Assembly: GCA_003557565.1 (NCBI GenBank)
Contig: PWOG01000004.1
Coordinates: 1-32,257, forward strand
Length of the DNA: 32,257 bases
Source of the DNA: Desulfobulbaceae bacterium
GTDB taxonomy: Bacteria > Desulfobacterota > Desulfobulbia > Desulfobulbales > Desulfurivibrionaceae
Reading direction: 5' to 3'
Below the pieces are notes generated by a model. The model ran no database searches. It worked only from the letters and a program-made list of their open reading frames with translations, and was not told where the DNA came from. This document shows positions 8,422-18,786 of the stretch, piece after piece (within the stretch, counting starts at the first letter, position 1; each line of letters begins with the position of its first letter). Both the position numbers and the translations under genes were made by a program.

Positions 8422-9006
8422 TCAGAAAATATAAAAACGTAGCCCCAGACCCATCATGTGATCACTGGAGTCGCGGGTATTATAGGAATAATTAGCCACT
8501 CCGGCCAGCTGGCCCAAAAATTTGTATACCAGCTCCGCCGAGGGCATGGTGCGCCCTCCCCGGCCTTCAGTTAATTCAGTACGGTTCAACGCCACCCTCA
8601 GCTCCATTTCCTGGCTCAGATTTACTCTGACCCCAATGCCCAGATCATGTCCACGAAAACTCTCCGAGGAACCAGCCCTGCCTTCAATGTAGCTAACGGT
8701 GCCATAAAGGCCGCCGGTCTGGTTCTCCAGAACAACAAAACCTGCCCCTGCTTGATACAACTCTTCACTGTGGTTTGAACTAAAAAGTTTGTCGTCCTGG
8801 GAAATATCGGAAATCTTGCCCAGAAGGAAAAGCTGATCGGTAAGCCGGAAACTAACGGAAGCCCCCGCGCCGTTGACATCCAGATCTTTTCGCTCGCCGC
8901 TAAGGTACGACCCCTCAATATAGCTGTAATCAGTGGCATCCGCCAGCGCCAGACACGGCACCAGCACCGCAGCAACACCGAGCAGCACGGTCAGTGTTTG
9001 TTTCAT
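8422..9006 (-). CDS. Outer-membrane beta-barrel protein (OMP_b-brl / Ax21-like)
   Basis: Signal peptide ending ALA, N-terminal DYSYIEGSY, alternating amphipathic strands, C-terminal GLGLRFYIF ending in Phe, SD AAGGGAG. Confidence 0.8.
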   Translation of the reverse strand: MKQTLTVLLGVAAVLVPCLALADATDYSYIEGSYLSGERKDLDVNGAGASVSFRLTDQLFLLGKISDISQDDKLFSSNHSEELYQAGAGFVVLENQTGGLYGTVSYIEGRAGSSESFRGHDLGIGVRVNLSQEMELRVALNRTELTEGRGGRTMPSAELVYKFLGQLAGVANYSYNTRDSSDHMMGLGLRFYIF

Positions 9007-9484
9007 GATTTTCTCCCTTGATTAAACCCCGGTTACGTCCTTAACAGTACAGTCTCCAAAGTAACATCCGGCGGCCATGAGGCGTCAGTTGAGGTTATGC
9101 ATTAAAATTTTTCCCTACCCTCCACGGGCAGATAACCGGCTACCAACACCAACTGTAACCATAAGCCAAAACTGATATTTTTTGTTCTGTAGCGGCTGCC
9201 GGTGGGTTTGTCAACCAAAAAACCCGCTGCTGGGCGGCAATTCCCGGGGTACCACCGGATATTTAATCACAGGCAGCATTGGAACACCGCCCAAAAAACG
9301 TCGATGGAGCCACCTCTCAAGTCATATTGGCATACTTGGTTGGTTTTTTCTTGACCATTTCAGGATAACATGATCATTATCCTGGCACTCTGGTTGATTA
9401 TGTTTCAATTAACCCAACTATAAACCAGGCAATTTATTATCCAAGAAAACAGTTTCATTTTTGTCTTGAGGATGAAAAGTACCG

Positions 9485-12400
9485 ATGAAAAGCACCATGG
9501 ATACTCTGGTCAACCAAAAGCGATTACAACCCGGTGACATTATCTGCCTTGGCGCCTCGGCCGGCGGCCTGGAAGCGCTGGAGCGTTTTTTCCGCCACCT
9601 GTCTTCCAGCCCCGACTATATTTTCGTGCTGATCCAACACCTGTCTCCCGACTACAAAAGCGTGATGGGCGAACTGCTCGAACGCTACACCAACCTCACC
9701 AACAAGGTTGTAGAAGATGGAATGGAGCCCCGGTCGGGCTGTATCCACCTGATACCACCCACCAAAGACATTGAACTGGAGCAGGGCGTATTCCGTCTTC
9801 GCGAACGTGACAACGTGGAACAGCATTTGCCGATCAACCTCTTCCTCAACAGCCTGGCCCGCGAGCAGCCCGGGTGTGGGGCGGCGGTTATTTTTTCCGG
9901 CACCGGCAGCGACGGCAGCAGAGGGATTGAAGCGCTCCACGGTACCGGCGGCATGGTGATGGTGCAAAGACCCGACAGCGCCAAATTCGACGGCATGCCC
10001 CGCAACGCCCTGCTCACCGGCTGTGTCGATTATGTCGGCAGCCCCGAAGAGCTTGCCGACCTGCTCTTTAATGACAACGAGGAACAGAAACGCCACCTGC
10101 AAGCCCATGACGGTGATCATTTCATGAGCGGTCAGCAAAAATCGGCCCGGCCCGAACCCGAAGACCCTCTGGAACGGATTTTTTATTATCTAAGCAGCAA
10201 ATTCGGTATTGATTTCACGCTCTACAAAGATGCCACCACCTTCCGTCGCATCAAACGCCGGATGCAGATGACCGGGACCGACGATTACGACGCATACGCC
10301 CAGATGCTGGCGGTTAACCCCCTGGAAGTTGACAGGCTGTACCACGACCTTTTGATCGGGGTCACCGAATTCTTCCGGGACCGGGAACTCTTTGCCACGC
10401 TCCAGCAAAACATTATTCCCGAACTGCTCAAAAAACACCCTTCCGACGACGCCTTCCGGGTCTGGTCGGCCGGTTGTGCCACCGGGGAAGAGGCTTATTC
10501 CCTGGCGATCATCCTCGATGAATGTCAAACCGAACTTAGTCCGGACACCCGCCCCGAGTTTCGCATCTTTGCCACCGATATTCATCGAGGCTCTTTGCGC
10601 ACCGCCGGAGCAGGAATCTATTCCGAGGACAAAATGAAGAATGTCTCCGAAAAGCGCCGGAATAAGTACTTCGAAAAGGTCCCCGACGGCTGGCGGGTGC
10701 GCCCCTTTCTCCGCCGGATGATCACCTTCGCCCCCCACAATCTGCTTCAGGATCCGCCGTTTCTCCATATGCGGCTGATCAGCTGCCGCAACCTGATGAT
10801 CTATCTATTGAAAGAGGCCCAACAAAGGGTGCTGCTGCAATTTGCCGCGGCCCTTGAGAAAGACGGAATCATCACTCTGGGATCCAGCGAGAGCATGATG
10901 GACTCTCAGCAGGAATTCGCGGTGGTCGACAGTGGCCTCAAGATCTATCGAAAGAATATCGATCTCACGCCGAGCACTCTCCAGGAACTTTTTAAGCCCC
11001 ACGAAAAAATGGGACTCTTCACCGCCCAAGACCAGCTCCCGGCCCACCCCAAAAATGATATCCTCAGCCGGATTTACCCCAACCTGCTGGAAAAATGCAT
11101 GCCCTCGGGACTGCTGGTCACCCAGGATGGCGAGCTGCTTCACACCTTCGGCGGGGCCGGTCGTTATCTCAGTATTTCCGGCCGGATGAGTAGCGATATT
11201 GCCAGTTTTCTGCAGGGAAACCTGCGGGTGGCGGTTACCACCGCCCTTGAGCGAGCCCGCAAGTCCGGAGAAAATGTCCGCTACGGCTCGGTTCACCAAC
11301 CCCTGCCGGAAGCCGGCGACAACATGGTGGATGTCACCGTGGTTCCCCTGCTCAACAGCCCGGCGACCACCGGCCAGCGAGGTTATTTCTTTATTCAAAT
11401 CACCCCGGCCCAGGTTCTTGAACACATCGCCACCGAATCACTGTCGATGGACGATGCCGGCAGATTGCGAATCGATGAGCTGGAAAAGGACCTGTTCGAG
11501 GCCCGGGAAAACCTGCAGGCCACGGTGGAGGAGTTGGAGACCAGCAACGAGGAGCTCCAGGCCACCAACGAAGAACTTCTGGCTTCCAATGAGGAGCTGC
11601 AAAGCAGCAACGAGGAGCTGCAATCGGTCAATGAACAGTTGCACAGCGTCAATGCCGAATATCAGGAGAAAAATCTGCAGTTGATCGATCTTAACGATGA
11701 TCTTCAAAACCTGATGAAATGCACCGATATCGGCACCATCTTCCTTGACGGTGACTTACGGATCCGCAGATTCACCCCGGCCATCAACCGCTCATTTTTT
11801 GTCCGCGAACAGGATATCGGCCGTCCCATTCAGGAAATCAAAAGCCTGATCAACAACAGTGACGAATTGATTGAACGTATCCGGCAAGCCCTGCAAAAAG
11901 ACCTGGTCATCGAAAACGAAGTCCAGACGGAAAACGGCTCCACCATGCTGCAACGCATCAACCCTTACAAAGACAGTCATGGCTGTGTCCATGGGGTGGT
12001 GATTACTTATATCGATCTTACCGTGATCAAGGAAAGCGAATACCAGCGCCGTCAGTCCGACATTCTGCGCGAAGATATCCTCAACTCGATGACCGCCAAT
12101 ATCGCCGTCCTCGACGCCGAGGGCAATATCATCAGCATCAACAAAAGCTGGCGTGAATTTGCCCGGCAAAATCAGGCCCCAAACCTCAATGCCATGGATA
12201 TTGGCGCCAACTACCTGGCGGCCTGTGCCGGCAGCAGCGACCAACAGGGCGACGACGACGCCCGGCGGGCCATGGTCGGTGTGCGCGATGTCCTGGCCGG
12301 CCTCAACCCGGCTTTCGAAATGGAGTACTCGTGCCACAGCCCCGACCACCAGCGTTGGTTTTTGATGCGCGTAACCCCCTTGAATCGTGACGAAGGCGGG

Positions 12401-15253
12401 GCGGTGGTCACTCATATCGATATCACCGAACAGAAAAAGGCCGAAGAGGAGGTGCGGCGCAGTGAGATTCGCCTGCAAACGGTCATGGACACTATAGATG
12501 CGGTGGTATATGTCACCGATCTGGAAACCCACGAAATCATCTTCATTAACGAAACCGGCCGCCAGACCTTCGGCGAGGTGGTGGGGCTGCCCTGCTGGGA
12601 CGCCATCCAGGGCAAGGGTGGGCCCTGTTCGTTCTGCCGGGCCCATGAGTTGTTCGACGACGACGGTCAGCCGGTCAACAACCTTAAATGGGAAGTACAC
12701 TGCGACCGTAACGGGCAATGGTATGAATCCCGCGACCGGGCAATTAAATGGGTGGACGGCCAAAATGTGCGCCTGAGCATGCTCTCGGACATCACCAAGC
12801 GAAAGGCCATGGAACAGGAACTGCGCGCCCACCACGATCATCTGCACGAACTGGTCAAGGAACAGACCGCCAGCATCAAGGCGATCGTGGACACGGCGGC
12901 GGATGCCATCATCACCATCGATCAGCAGGGTTTTATCCTGACCTACAACAAGGCCGCCCAGCAGATGTTTGGCTATGACCCCGACGAGGCCCTCGGCAGC
13001 AGTGTCTCGCTGCTGATGCCGGAGCCCCATGGCAGCCGGCACGACGATTACCTGCGGCGATATCTCGACTCCGGGGAAAGCAGCATCATCGGTGCCAGCA
13101 CCGAGGTGGTGGGAAAACGCCGGGACGGCAGCACCTTTCCCATGCTGGTGACCGTCAGCGAAATGAAAGTCGGCCGGGAAAGACGTTTCACCGGCATCGC
13201 CCGGGATATTACCGCCGCCAAACAGGCCGAGGAAGAGCTGGTCGCCGCCCGGGAGGCCGCCGAAGCCGCCAGCCAGGCGAAAAGTAACTTCCTGGCCAAT
13301 ATGAGCCACGAGATCCGCACCCCCATGAACGCCATCACCGGCTTCAGTCAGCTTTGCCTGCAGACCGAACTCAACGAACAGCAATACGACTATATCAATA
13401 AAGTGCAGGAATCCTGCCAGACACTGCTGACCCTGATCAACGACATCCTTGATCTGTCTAAAATAGAAGCCGGCAAGATGGAGCTCGAGGCCACGACCTT
13501 CACCTTCCGGGATGTTATGGATCACCTGGCCACGATGATGTCTTTCCGGGCCCGGGAAAAGGAGCTCGACTTCCTGATCGACACCGCCATCGACATTCCG
13601 CCCTATCTACTGGGCGACTCCCTGCGCCTCAGTCAGGTGCTCATCAACCTCACCGGCAACGCGATGAAGTTTACCGATCAGGGCCAGATCCTGGTATCCG
13701 TTACTGTGGACCAGGATCTGGGAGAGCGGGTGGTCCTGCGGTTTTCGGTCCAGGATACCGGCATCGGCATTGCCAGTGACAAACTGGATCAGCTGTTCCA
13801 GCCCTTCAGCCAGGCCGACTCCTCCACCTCTCGCCTTTATGGCGGCACCGGCCTGGGTCTGGCCATCAGCAAACAGCTGGTAGAAAACATGAACGGCGAG
13901 ATATGGGCCGAGAGTGAGCCGGGCCGGGGATCGAAGTTCATTTTCACGGTAAACCTGGAAAAAGCCCAGCCACCAGCCACCGAGGCCGCTGGCGATATGC
14001 CCGTAGAGCTGAGCCGCTGTCGCCTTCTGGTAGTAGACGACAGCACCGACGCCTTGCAGCTGCTGGGCAACTACCTCGATGACGCTGGATGCGAGGTAAA
14101 CATGGCCGAAAGCGGTACTGACGCCCTGACCATGATCGAGCAGGCCATCAACGAAGACCGTGCCTACGATCTGGTCATGCTGGACTGGAAGATGCTGTAT
14201 CTGGACGGCATCGATACGGCCCGTAAAATCAGGAAAAAATTCACCGAACAGGTGCCCAGGTTGCTCCTTTTCTCTTCCTTTGGCTACACCGAGATGCACC
14301 GGCACCTGGACTCCGGGCTCTTTGATGCCACTTTAAGCAAGCCCTTCACCAAACACCAGTTGCTGACCACCATCAACGAGGCCTTCAACAGGACCGCCGA
14401 ACCCCCCACCGGGGCTGATCGGCCCCAGGCTGCACAAAACACTGCCAATCTGGCCGGAGCATCGATTCTGCTGGTGGAAGACAACGAAATCAATCGCCAG
14501 TTGGCCCGGGAGTTGCTCAAACCCTCGGGAGCCAGCGTGGTCGTTGCGGCCAACGGCCGGGAGGCCCTGGCCCTGCTGACAGCGGGAAGTTTCGACGGAG
14601 TTTTGATGGATATCCAAATGCCCGTGCTGGACGGCCTGAACGCCACCATCGAAATCCGCAAAAATCCCCGCCACCAGGATCTTCCCATCATCGCCATGAC
14701 CGCCAACGCCTTTGCCAACGATCAGCAGCGCTACCTGTCGGCGGGCATGAATGATTGCCTGACCAAGCCCATCAATCAAAACGAGATGCTGGAAACCCTG
14801 GGTCGCTGGATCAAGCCCGGGCGAAAAAGCACTGTTGCGGCCTCTCCAGCCGGTTCATCACCGCCGGAAGGCAAGCAGGACGAGCCATTGCCGACAATTC
14901 CAGGCGTTGACGTCAACGCTGGCTGGAACCGGATGGACGGCGACACCGAATTATATTTCGAAATTCTGGAAAAATTCTGCCAAGGGCAAAAAAACGCTCT
15001 GGCCGAAACCGGGCTTGCCCTGGAAAATCAGGACATCAACCAGGCCGAAAGGCTGATCCACACCCTCAAAGGACTTTGCCGCACCATCGGCGCCCATGAC
15101 GCGGCAGAGCTTGCTGCGGAGCTGGAGTCCGCCGTAAAAAAGGAACTTCCCCTGGCCGAGATCCAACCCCTGCTGGATAACACGGCCACCGTGCTTAATG
15201 AGCTTTTCACCAACGTTGAACAAGCCGTGCAAGCCAGACAGTCACGGGACTAA
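9485..15253 (+). CDS. CheB/CheR fusion multi-PAS hybrid histidine kinase with two receiver domains and Hpt
   Basis: CheB (GASAGG, IQHL, SGTGSDG); CheR ([30 protein letters not shown]); EEL coiled coil; several PAS domains; His[14 protein letters not shown]; HATPase DTGIGI and GGTGLGL; REC LDWKM and MDIQMP; Hpt HTLKG. Confidence 0.93.
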   Translation: MKSTMDTLVNQKRLQPGDIICLGASAGGLEALERFFRHLSSSPDYIFVLIQHLSPDYKSVMGELLERYTNLTNKVVEDGMEPRSGCIHLIPPTKDIELEQGVFRLRERDNVEQHLPINLFLNSLAREQPGCGAAVIFSGTGSDGSRGIEALHGTGGMVMVQRPDSAKFDGMPRNALLTGCVDYVGSPEELADLLFNDNEEQKRHLQAHDGDHFMSGQQKSARPEPEDPLERIFYYLSSKFGIDFTLYKDATTFRRIKRRMQMTGTDDYDAYAQMLAVNPLEVDRLYHDLLIGVTEFFRDRELFATLQQNIIPELLKKHPSDDAFRVWSAGCATGEEAYSLAIILDECQTELSPDTRPEFRIFATDIHRGSLRTAGAGIYSEDKMKNVSEKRRNKYFEKVPDGWRVRPFLRRMITFAPHNLLQDPPFLHMRLISCRNLMIYLLKEAQQRVLLQFAAALEKDGIITLGSSESMMDSQQEFAVVDSGLKIYRKNIDLTPSTLQELFKPHEKMGLFTAQDQLPAHPKNDILSRIYPNLLEKCMPSGLLVTQDGELLHTFGGAGRYLSISGRMSSDIASFLQGNLRVAVTTALERARKSGENVRYGSVHQPLPEAGDNMVDVTVVPLLNSPATTGQRGYFFIQITPAQVLEHIATESLSMDDAGRLRIDELEKDLFEARENLQATVEELETSNEELQATNEELLASNEELQSSNEELQSVNEQLHSVNAEYQEKNLQLIDLNDDLQNLMKCTDIGTIFLDGDLRIRRFTPAINRSFFVREQDIGRPIQEIKSLINNSDELIERIRQALQKDLVIENEVQTENGSTMLQRINPYKDSHGCVHGVVITYIDLTVIKESEYQRRQSDILREDILNSMTANIAVLDAEGNIISINKSWREFARQNQAPNLNAMDIGANYLAACAGSSDQQGDDDARRAMVGVRDVLAGLNPAFEMEYSCHSPDHQRWFLMRVTPLNRDEGGAVVTHIDITEQKKAEEEVRRSEIRLQTVMDTIDAVVYVTDLETHEIIFINETGRQTFGEVVGLPCWDAIQGKGGPCSFCRAHELFDDDGQPVNNLKWEVHCDRNGQWYESRDRAIKWVDGQNVRLSMLSDITKRKAMEQELRAHHDHLHELVKEQTASIKAIVDTAADAIITIDQQGFILTYNKAAQQMFGYDPDEALGSSVSLLMPEPHGSRHDDYLRRYLDSGESSIIGASTEVVGKRRDGSTFPMLVTVSEMKVGRERRFTGIARDITAAKQAEEELVAAREAAEAASQAKSNFLANMSHEIRTPMNAITGFSQLCLQTELNEQQYDYINKVQESCQTLLTLINDILDLSKIEAGKMELEATTFTFRDVMDHLATMMSFRAREKELDFLIDTAIDIPPYLLGDSLRLSQVLINLTGNAMKFTDQGQILVSVTVDQDLGERVVLRFSVQDTGIGIASDKLDQLFQPFSQADSSTSRLYGGTGLGLAISKQLVENMNGEIWAESEPGRGSKFIFTVNLEKAQPPATEAAGDMPVELSRCRLLVVDDSTDALQLLGNYLDDAGCEVNMAESGTDALTMIEQAINEDRAYDLVMLDWKMLYLDGIDTARKIRKKFTEQVPRLLLFSSFGYTEMHRHLDSGLFDATLSKPFTKHQLLTTINEAFNRTAEPPTGADRPQAAQNTANLAGASILLVEDNEINRQLARELLKPSGASVVVAANGREALALLTAGSFDGVLMDIQMPVLDGLNATIEIRKNPRHQDLPIIAMTANAFANDQQRYLSAGMNDCLTKPINQNEMLETLGRWIKPGRKSTVAASPAGSSPPEGKQDEPLPTIPGVDVNAGWNRMDGDTELYFEILEKFCQGQKNALAETGLALENQDINQAERLIHTLKGLCRTIGAHDAAELAAELESAVKKELPLAEIQPLLDNTATVLNELFTNVEQAVQARQSRD

Positions 15254-15302
15254 ATTCCGTTTCCGGCGGCTGGGGTGTCGGAAACGCTAACGGATTGATT
15301 AT

Positions 15303-16199
15303 ATGGATCTGCATCGGTTGGAAGTATTTTGCCGGGTCGTTGAATTTAAGAGCTTTACCAAAGCGGCCGAGGCGGCATTTCTTTCCCAGCCCACGGTGAG
15401 TGAACATATCCGCAGCCTGGAGGAAACCCTGGGGGTCAAGCTGGTTGACCGGCTGGGCCGCGAGGTTTTACCCACCCCGGCGGGCAAAATTCTCTACGAC
15501 TACTCCCGACAGATTATACGCCTGCGCAATGAGGCGGTGGAGGCCATGGAAAATTACAGCGGCCGTCATGCCGGGCATCTTTGGGTCGCTGCCAGCACCA
15601 TTCCCGGCACCTATCTGCTGCCGGAGTTGATCGGAGAGTTTAAGAAACGCTACCCCGAGGTGCTGGTCACCATCAAGATCACCAACTCCCGCCAAGCGGC
15701 CGAGCAGGTGATCAAAGGGGATTGCGAATTCGGCGTGGTGGGCGCCCGCTGGAACGAGGCGGTGCTGGAGTGGGAACCGCTGTTTGCAGACGAACTGACC
15801 CTGGTGGTCCGCCATGATCACCCCTGGGCCGCCCGGGGCGCAATCGAACCGGCGGAACTGGCCCAGGCTCCCTTCATCGACCGTGAACGGGAATCGGGCA
15901 CCCGCAAAGTGATGCACCAAATTCTCCACCGCCACGGCCTGGATCCGGGCAAACTGCGGGTGATCGCCGAGATGGGCAGCACCGAAGCGGTTTTACAGAG
16001 TGTCAAGGCCGGCATCGGGGTGGCGATTATCTCCCGTCAGGCGATCCGGGGTGAACTGTCCTGCGGTTCCCTGGCCGAGGTAACCATCGAAGGAATAACC
16101 TTCACCCGCCCCTTCTACCTGGTTCGCCGCAAGAAGCGCCAGCCCTCCCCCATCGCCACCCTTTTTCTCGACTTTCTCAAAAGCGGCGGTCAATCATAG
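15303..16199 (+). CDS. LysR-family transcriptional regulator (CysL / selenium-metabolism-associated type)
   Basis: HTH SFTKAAEAAFLSQPTVSEHIRSLE, then ASTIPGTYLLP, RERESGTR and MGSTEAV. Confidence 0.92.
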   Translation: MDLHRLEVFCRVVEFKSFTKAAEAAFLSQPTVSEHIRSLEETLGVKLVDRLGREVLPTPAGKILYDYSRQIIRLRNEAVEAMENYSGRHAGHLWVAASTIPGTYLLPELIGEFKKRYPEVLVTIKITNSRQAAEQVIKGDCEFGVVGARWNEAVLEWEPLFADELTLVVRHDHPWAARGAIEPAELAQAPFIDRERESGTRKVMHQILHRHGLDPGKLRVIAEMGSTEAVLQSVKAGIGVAIISRQAIRGELSCGSLAEVTIEGITFTRPFYLVRRKKRQPSPIATLFLDFLKSGGQS

Positions 16200-16271
16200 A
16201 TTTTACCGATATCTAATCATCGTTTTCATCAATACTAACAATTGGACTTTCGCCTCCGGCAAGGCTATCTT
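16196..16271 (+). promoter_or_regulatory. Two tandem LysR T-N11-A boxes and a sigma70-type promoter for the rhodanese operon
   Basis: ATAG-N7-CGAT (16196-16210) and ATCG-N7-CAAT (16219-16233). -35 TGGACT (16243-16248), 17-bp spacer, -10 TATCTT (16266-16271). Confidence 0.6.
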
Positions 16272-16355
16272 CACCGGCAAATAAAAGCTGGCCGGCGGTA
16301 AGATCACCGATCCCGCGGCCGTGGTCTGCCAATATTGTGCCAAGGAGGATGGTCG

Positions 16356-16793
16356 ATGTTCAAGTATGTAATGATGGTTGGGGCGTTGGTGCTGGTCCTG
16401 GGGCTTGTTTCCGCCCAGGCTTTTTTCTCCCTTTTCGGAGACGGTTACCAATACATCAGCGCCGACGAGCTTAATGAGCGTCTGCAGGCCGGCGACGCCA
16501 TGGTGCTGCTCGATATCTGCCCGGCCGACAAGTTCGCCGAGGGCCATATTCCAGGCTCCATTGAAACCAACGCCTACCCCACCAAGACCGCCGAGCAACG
16601 GGCACGGCTGAACAAAGGCCTGGAGGCAATGCGGGCCGGCGAGGAAGACATCATTATCATCTGCCCCGGCGGCGGGGGCGGAGCCAAGCGCACCGTCGAC
16701 TATTATGAATCAAAGGGGATCGATGAAAAGCGGATGTACATCCTGGAAGACGGTCTGCGCCAGTGGCCCCACGAAAAAGCGCCCAAGTCCTGA
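16356..16793 (+). CDS. Exported single-domain rhodanese (sulfurtransferase)
   Basis: SD AGGAGG; signal peptide ending SAQA; motifs FAEGHIPGS, active-site loop ICPGGGGGA and YILEDGLRQW. Confidence 0.9.
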   Translation: MFKYVMMVGALVLVLGLVSAQAFFSLFGDGYQYISADELNERLQAGDAMVLLDICPADKFAEGHIPGSIETNAYPTKTAEQRARLNKGLEAMRAGEEDIIIICPGGGGGAKRTVDYYESKGIDEKRMYILEDGLRQWPHEKAPKS

Positions 16794-16797
16794 TTAA

Positions 16798-18714
16798 ATG
16801 GCCTCGATAAATCGCCAAAAAAGCGCCCTGGCCCTGGCAGTTGCCTTGCTGGCCGGGGCTTTTTTCTGGTTCGACCTGCATCACCACCTTACCCTGGAGC
16901 AGATCCGGGGCTACCAGGAGCAGGCCGAGCAATTCTACGGGCAGCGGCCATTGATGGCCATCGCCGCTTTCGCCGGGATCTACCTGCTGGTGGTGGCGCT
17001 CAACCTGCCGGGGGGCGCCCTGCTGGGCCTGCTGGCCGGGGCGGTATTCGGCGTACTGGTGGGTACCGTGGTGGTCTCTTTTGCCAGCACCATCGCCGCC
17101 ACCACTGCCTGCGCCCTGTGCCGCTATCTTTTCCGCGACCTGGTCCAGGGCCGTTTCCCCGATGCCCTGGCCACCGTGGACAAGGGAATATCCCGCGAGG
17201 GTGCCTTTTATCTGTTCTCCCTGCGCCTGATTCCGGTGGTGCCCTTTTTTGTGATCAACCTGGTAATGGGCCTCACCGCCATACCCCTGCGCACTTTTTA
17301 CTGGGTTTCACAGCTTGGTATGCTGCCGGGCACCTTCGTTTACGTCAATGCCGGCAGCGAGCTGGGTCGCCTGAGCTCCACCGGAGAAATCTTTTCTCCC
17401 CGGCTGTTGCTGGCCTTCGCCCTGCTCGGCCTGCTGCCGCTGATTGCGGGCCGGCTGCTGACCTGGTATCGTAAATCGCCGGAACAAAAAGACCGGAAGG
17501 CGAATAACAGGCAGGACCAAGCGACGACACCAACCCCCATGACATCATCTTCCCAAGTACCGATCACAGCGGCTGCCAACCTTGCCGCCCCAAGCAATCA
17601 CGAGTCCCCCCCTGATGGCAGCGGCCAAGGAATACCCAGTAGCCGCTTACTGGCCGACAACTGCACCCGCTGCGGGGTCTGCGCCACCCGCTGCGCCTTT
17701 TTAAAGGAGCACGGCACCCCCGGCGAGATCGCCGCCGCCTGGAGAGCCGGCCAAACCACGGCCGATCCCTTTGCCTGCAGCCTTTGCCACCTCTGCACGG
17801 CGGTGTGCCCGGAAAAACTGGAGCCGGGTGGTTTTTTTCTCCATCTCCGCCGCCTGGCCGCCGACCGGGCCGATTTTGATCTTCGCCCCTACCGGCCCAT
17901 TCTGACCTATGAACGCCTGGGCGCCTCCGCTCTGTTCGCCGCCGAGGCCCTGCCCAGCGGCTGCGACACCGTGTTTTTCCCCGGCTGCAGCCTGCCGGGC
18001 ACCCGTCCCGGCAGCACCTGGCACCTTTTTCGCCGACTGCAGGAGCTGGTCCCCTCCCTGGGGATGATACTCAACTGCTGCCATAAGCCCTCCCACGACC
18101 TGGGTCGCCAGCAGTACTTTTCCGATCGTTTCCAGGCCTTGCAGCAGCACCTGTGGCAACGGGGAATCCGCCGGGTCCTGGTGGCCTGTCCCAACTGCTA
18201 CAAGGTTTTCCTGCAGTACGGCGGCGAGCTGCGGGTTAAAAGCGCCTGGGAACTGCTGGCAGCAAACGACGGGCCGGGTCCGGAAGCCTCCGCCAACTCC
18301 AGGGTCACCATCCATGATCCCTGCCCCATGCGCCACCAGCCTGAGCTGCAGCAGGCGGTGCGCCGCCTGGCCGCCAAACACGGCCTGGAAATAAAGGAGA
18401 TGCGTTCAACGAAAGACCGCACTCTCTGCTGCGGTGAAGGCGGGGCGGTGGGCCTGGTGCGCCCCGACCTGGCCGCCAACTGGGGAGCCCAACGACAAAA
18501 ACAGGCGGAAGGCCGGCCGGTATTGACCTACTGCGCCGGTTGCGCCGGTTTTCTCAAAAGAGCCGGCATGTCGACCATCCACCTGGCCGACCTGCTGGCC
18601 GACCCCGAAAAGGCCCGGAGCGGCAACTCTCCGGTGGCCACCACTCCCCGGACCTACCTCAACCGCCTGCTCTTTAAACTACGCCTGAAACACCGGCTGC
18701 GCAAACCCGGCTGA
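16798..18714 (+). CDS. VTT (TVP38/TMEM64/DedA-like) membrane domain fused to a 2x[4Fe-4S] + CCG-domain oxidoreductase
   Basis: VTT motifs LRLIPVVPFFVIN and GMLPGTFVYVNAG. Fe-S motifs CTRCGVCATRC and CSLCHLCTAVCP. CCG-type FPGC, NCC, ACPNC, HDPC, LCCG and YCAGC. Confidence 0.88.
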   Translation: MASINRQKSALALAVALLAGAFFWFDLHHHLTLEQIRGYQEQAEQFYGQRPLMAIAAFAGIYLLVVALNLPGGALLGLLAGAVFGVLVGTVVVSFASTIAATTACALCRYLFRDLVQGRFPDALATVDKGISREGAFYLFSLRLIPVVPFFVINLVMGLTAIPLRTFYWVSQLGMLPGTFVYVNAGSELGRLSSTGEIFSPRLLLAFALLGLLPLIAGRLLTWYRKSPEQKDRKANNRQDQATTPTPMTSSSQVPITAAANLAAPSNHESPPDGSGQGIPSSRLLADNCTRCGVCATRCAFLKEHGTPGEIAAAWRAGQTTADPFACSLCHLCTAVCPEKLEPGGFFLHLRRLAADRADFDLRPYRPILTYERLGASALFAAEALPSGCDTVFFPGCSLPGTRPGSTWHLFRRLQELVPSLGMILNCCHKPSHDLGRQQYFSDRFQALQQHLWQRGIRRVLVACPNCYKVFLQYGGELRVKSAWELLAANDGPGPEASANSRVTIHDPCPMRHQPELQQAVRRLAAKHGLEIKEMRSTKDRTLCCGEGGAVGLVRPDLAANWGAQRQKQAEGRPVLTYCAGCAGFLKRAGMSTIHLADLLADPEKARSGNSPVATTPRTYLNRLLFKLRLKHRLRKPG

Positions 18715-18786
18715 TCCGGCTTCAATGCCGCCAAACCTTGACCGGCCCACCTTCCCCGGGCACTTATATGGTTTGCTGGCGGCAGC

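Noticed and set aside
9383-9418. Sigma54-like TGGCAC-N5-TTGA and FNR-like TTGAT-N5-TTCAA upstream of the hybrid kinase
   Set aside because: The sigma54 -12 GC is absent and the FNR spacing is off by one.
11530-11640. 21-bp periodic DNA repeats as a CRISPR array or VNTR
   Set aside because: They are degenerate coding repeats of the heptad coiled coil, with no unique spacers and no cas genes.
11792-13525. 577-aa minus-strand ORF, and similar long antisense ORFs at 5829-6716, 25303-26280, 27669-29093, 29271-30896 and 31492-32229
   Set aside because: These are shadows of well-supported genes on the opposite strand, expected in high-GC DNA, and carry no recognisable motifs.
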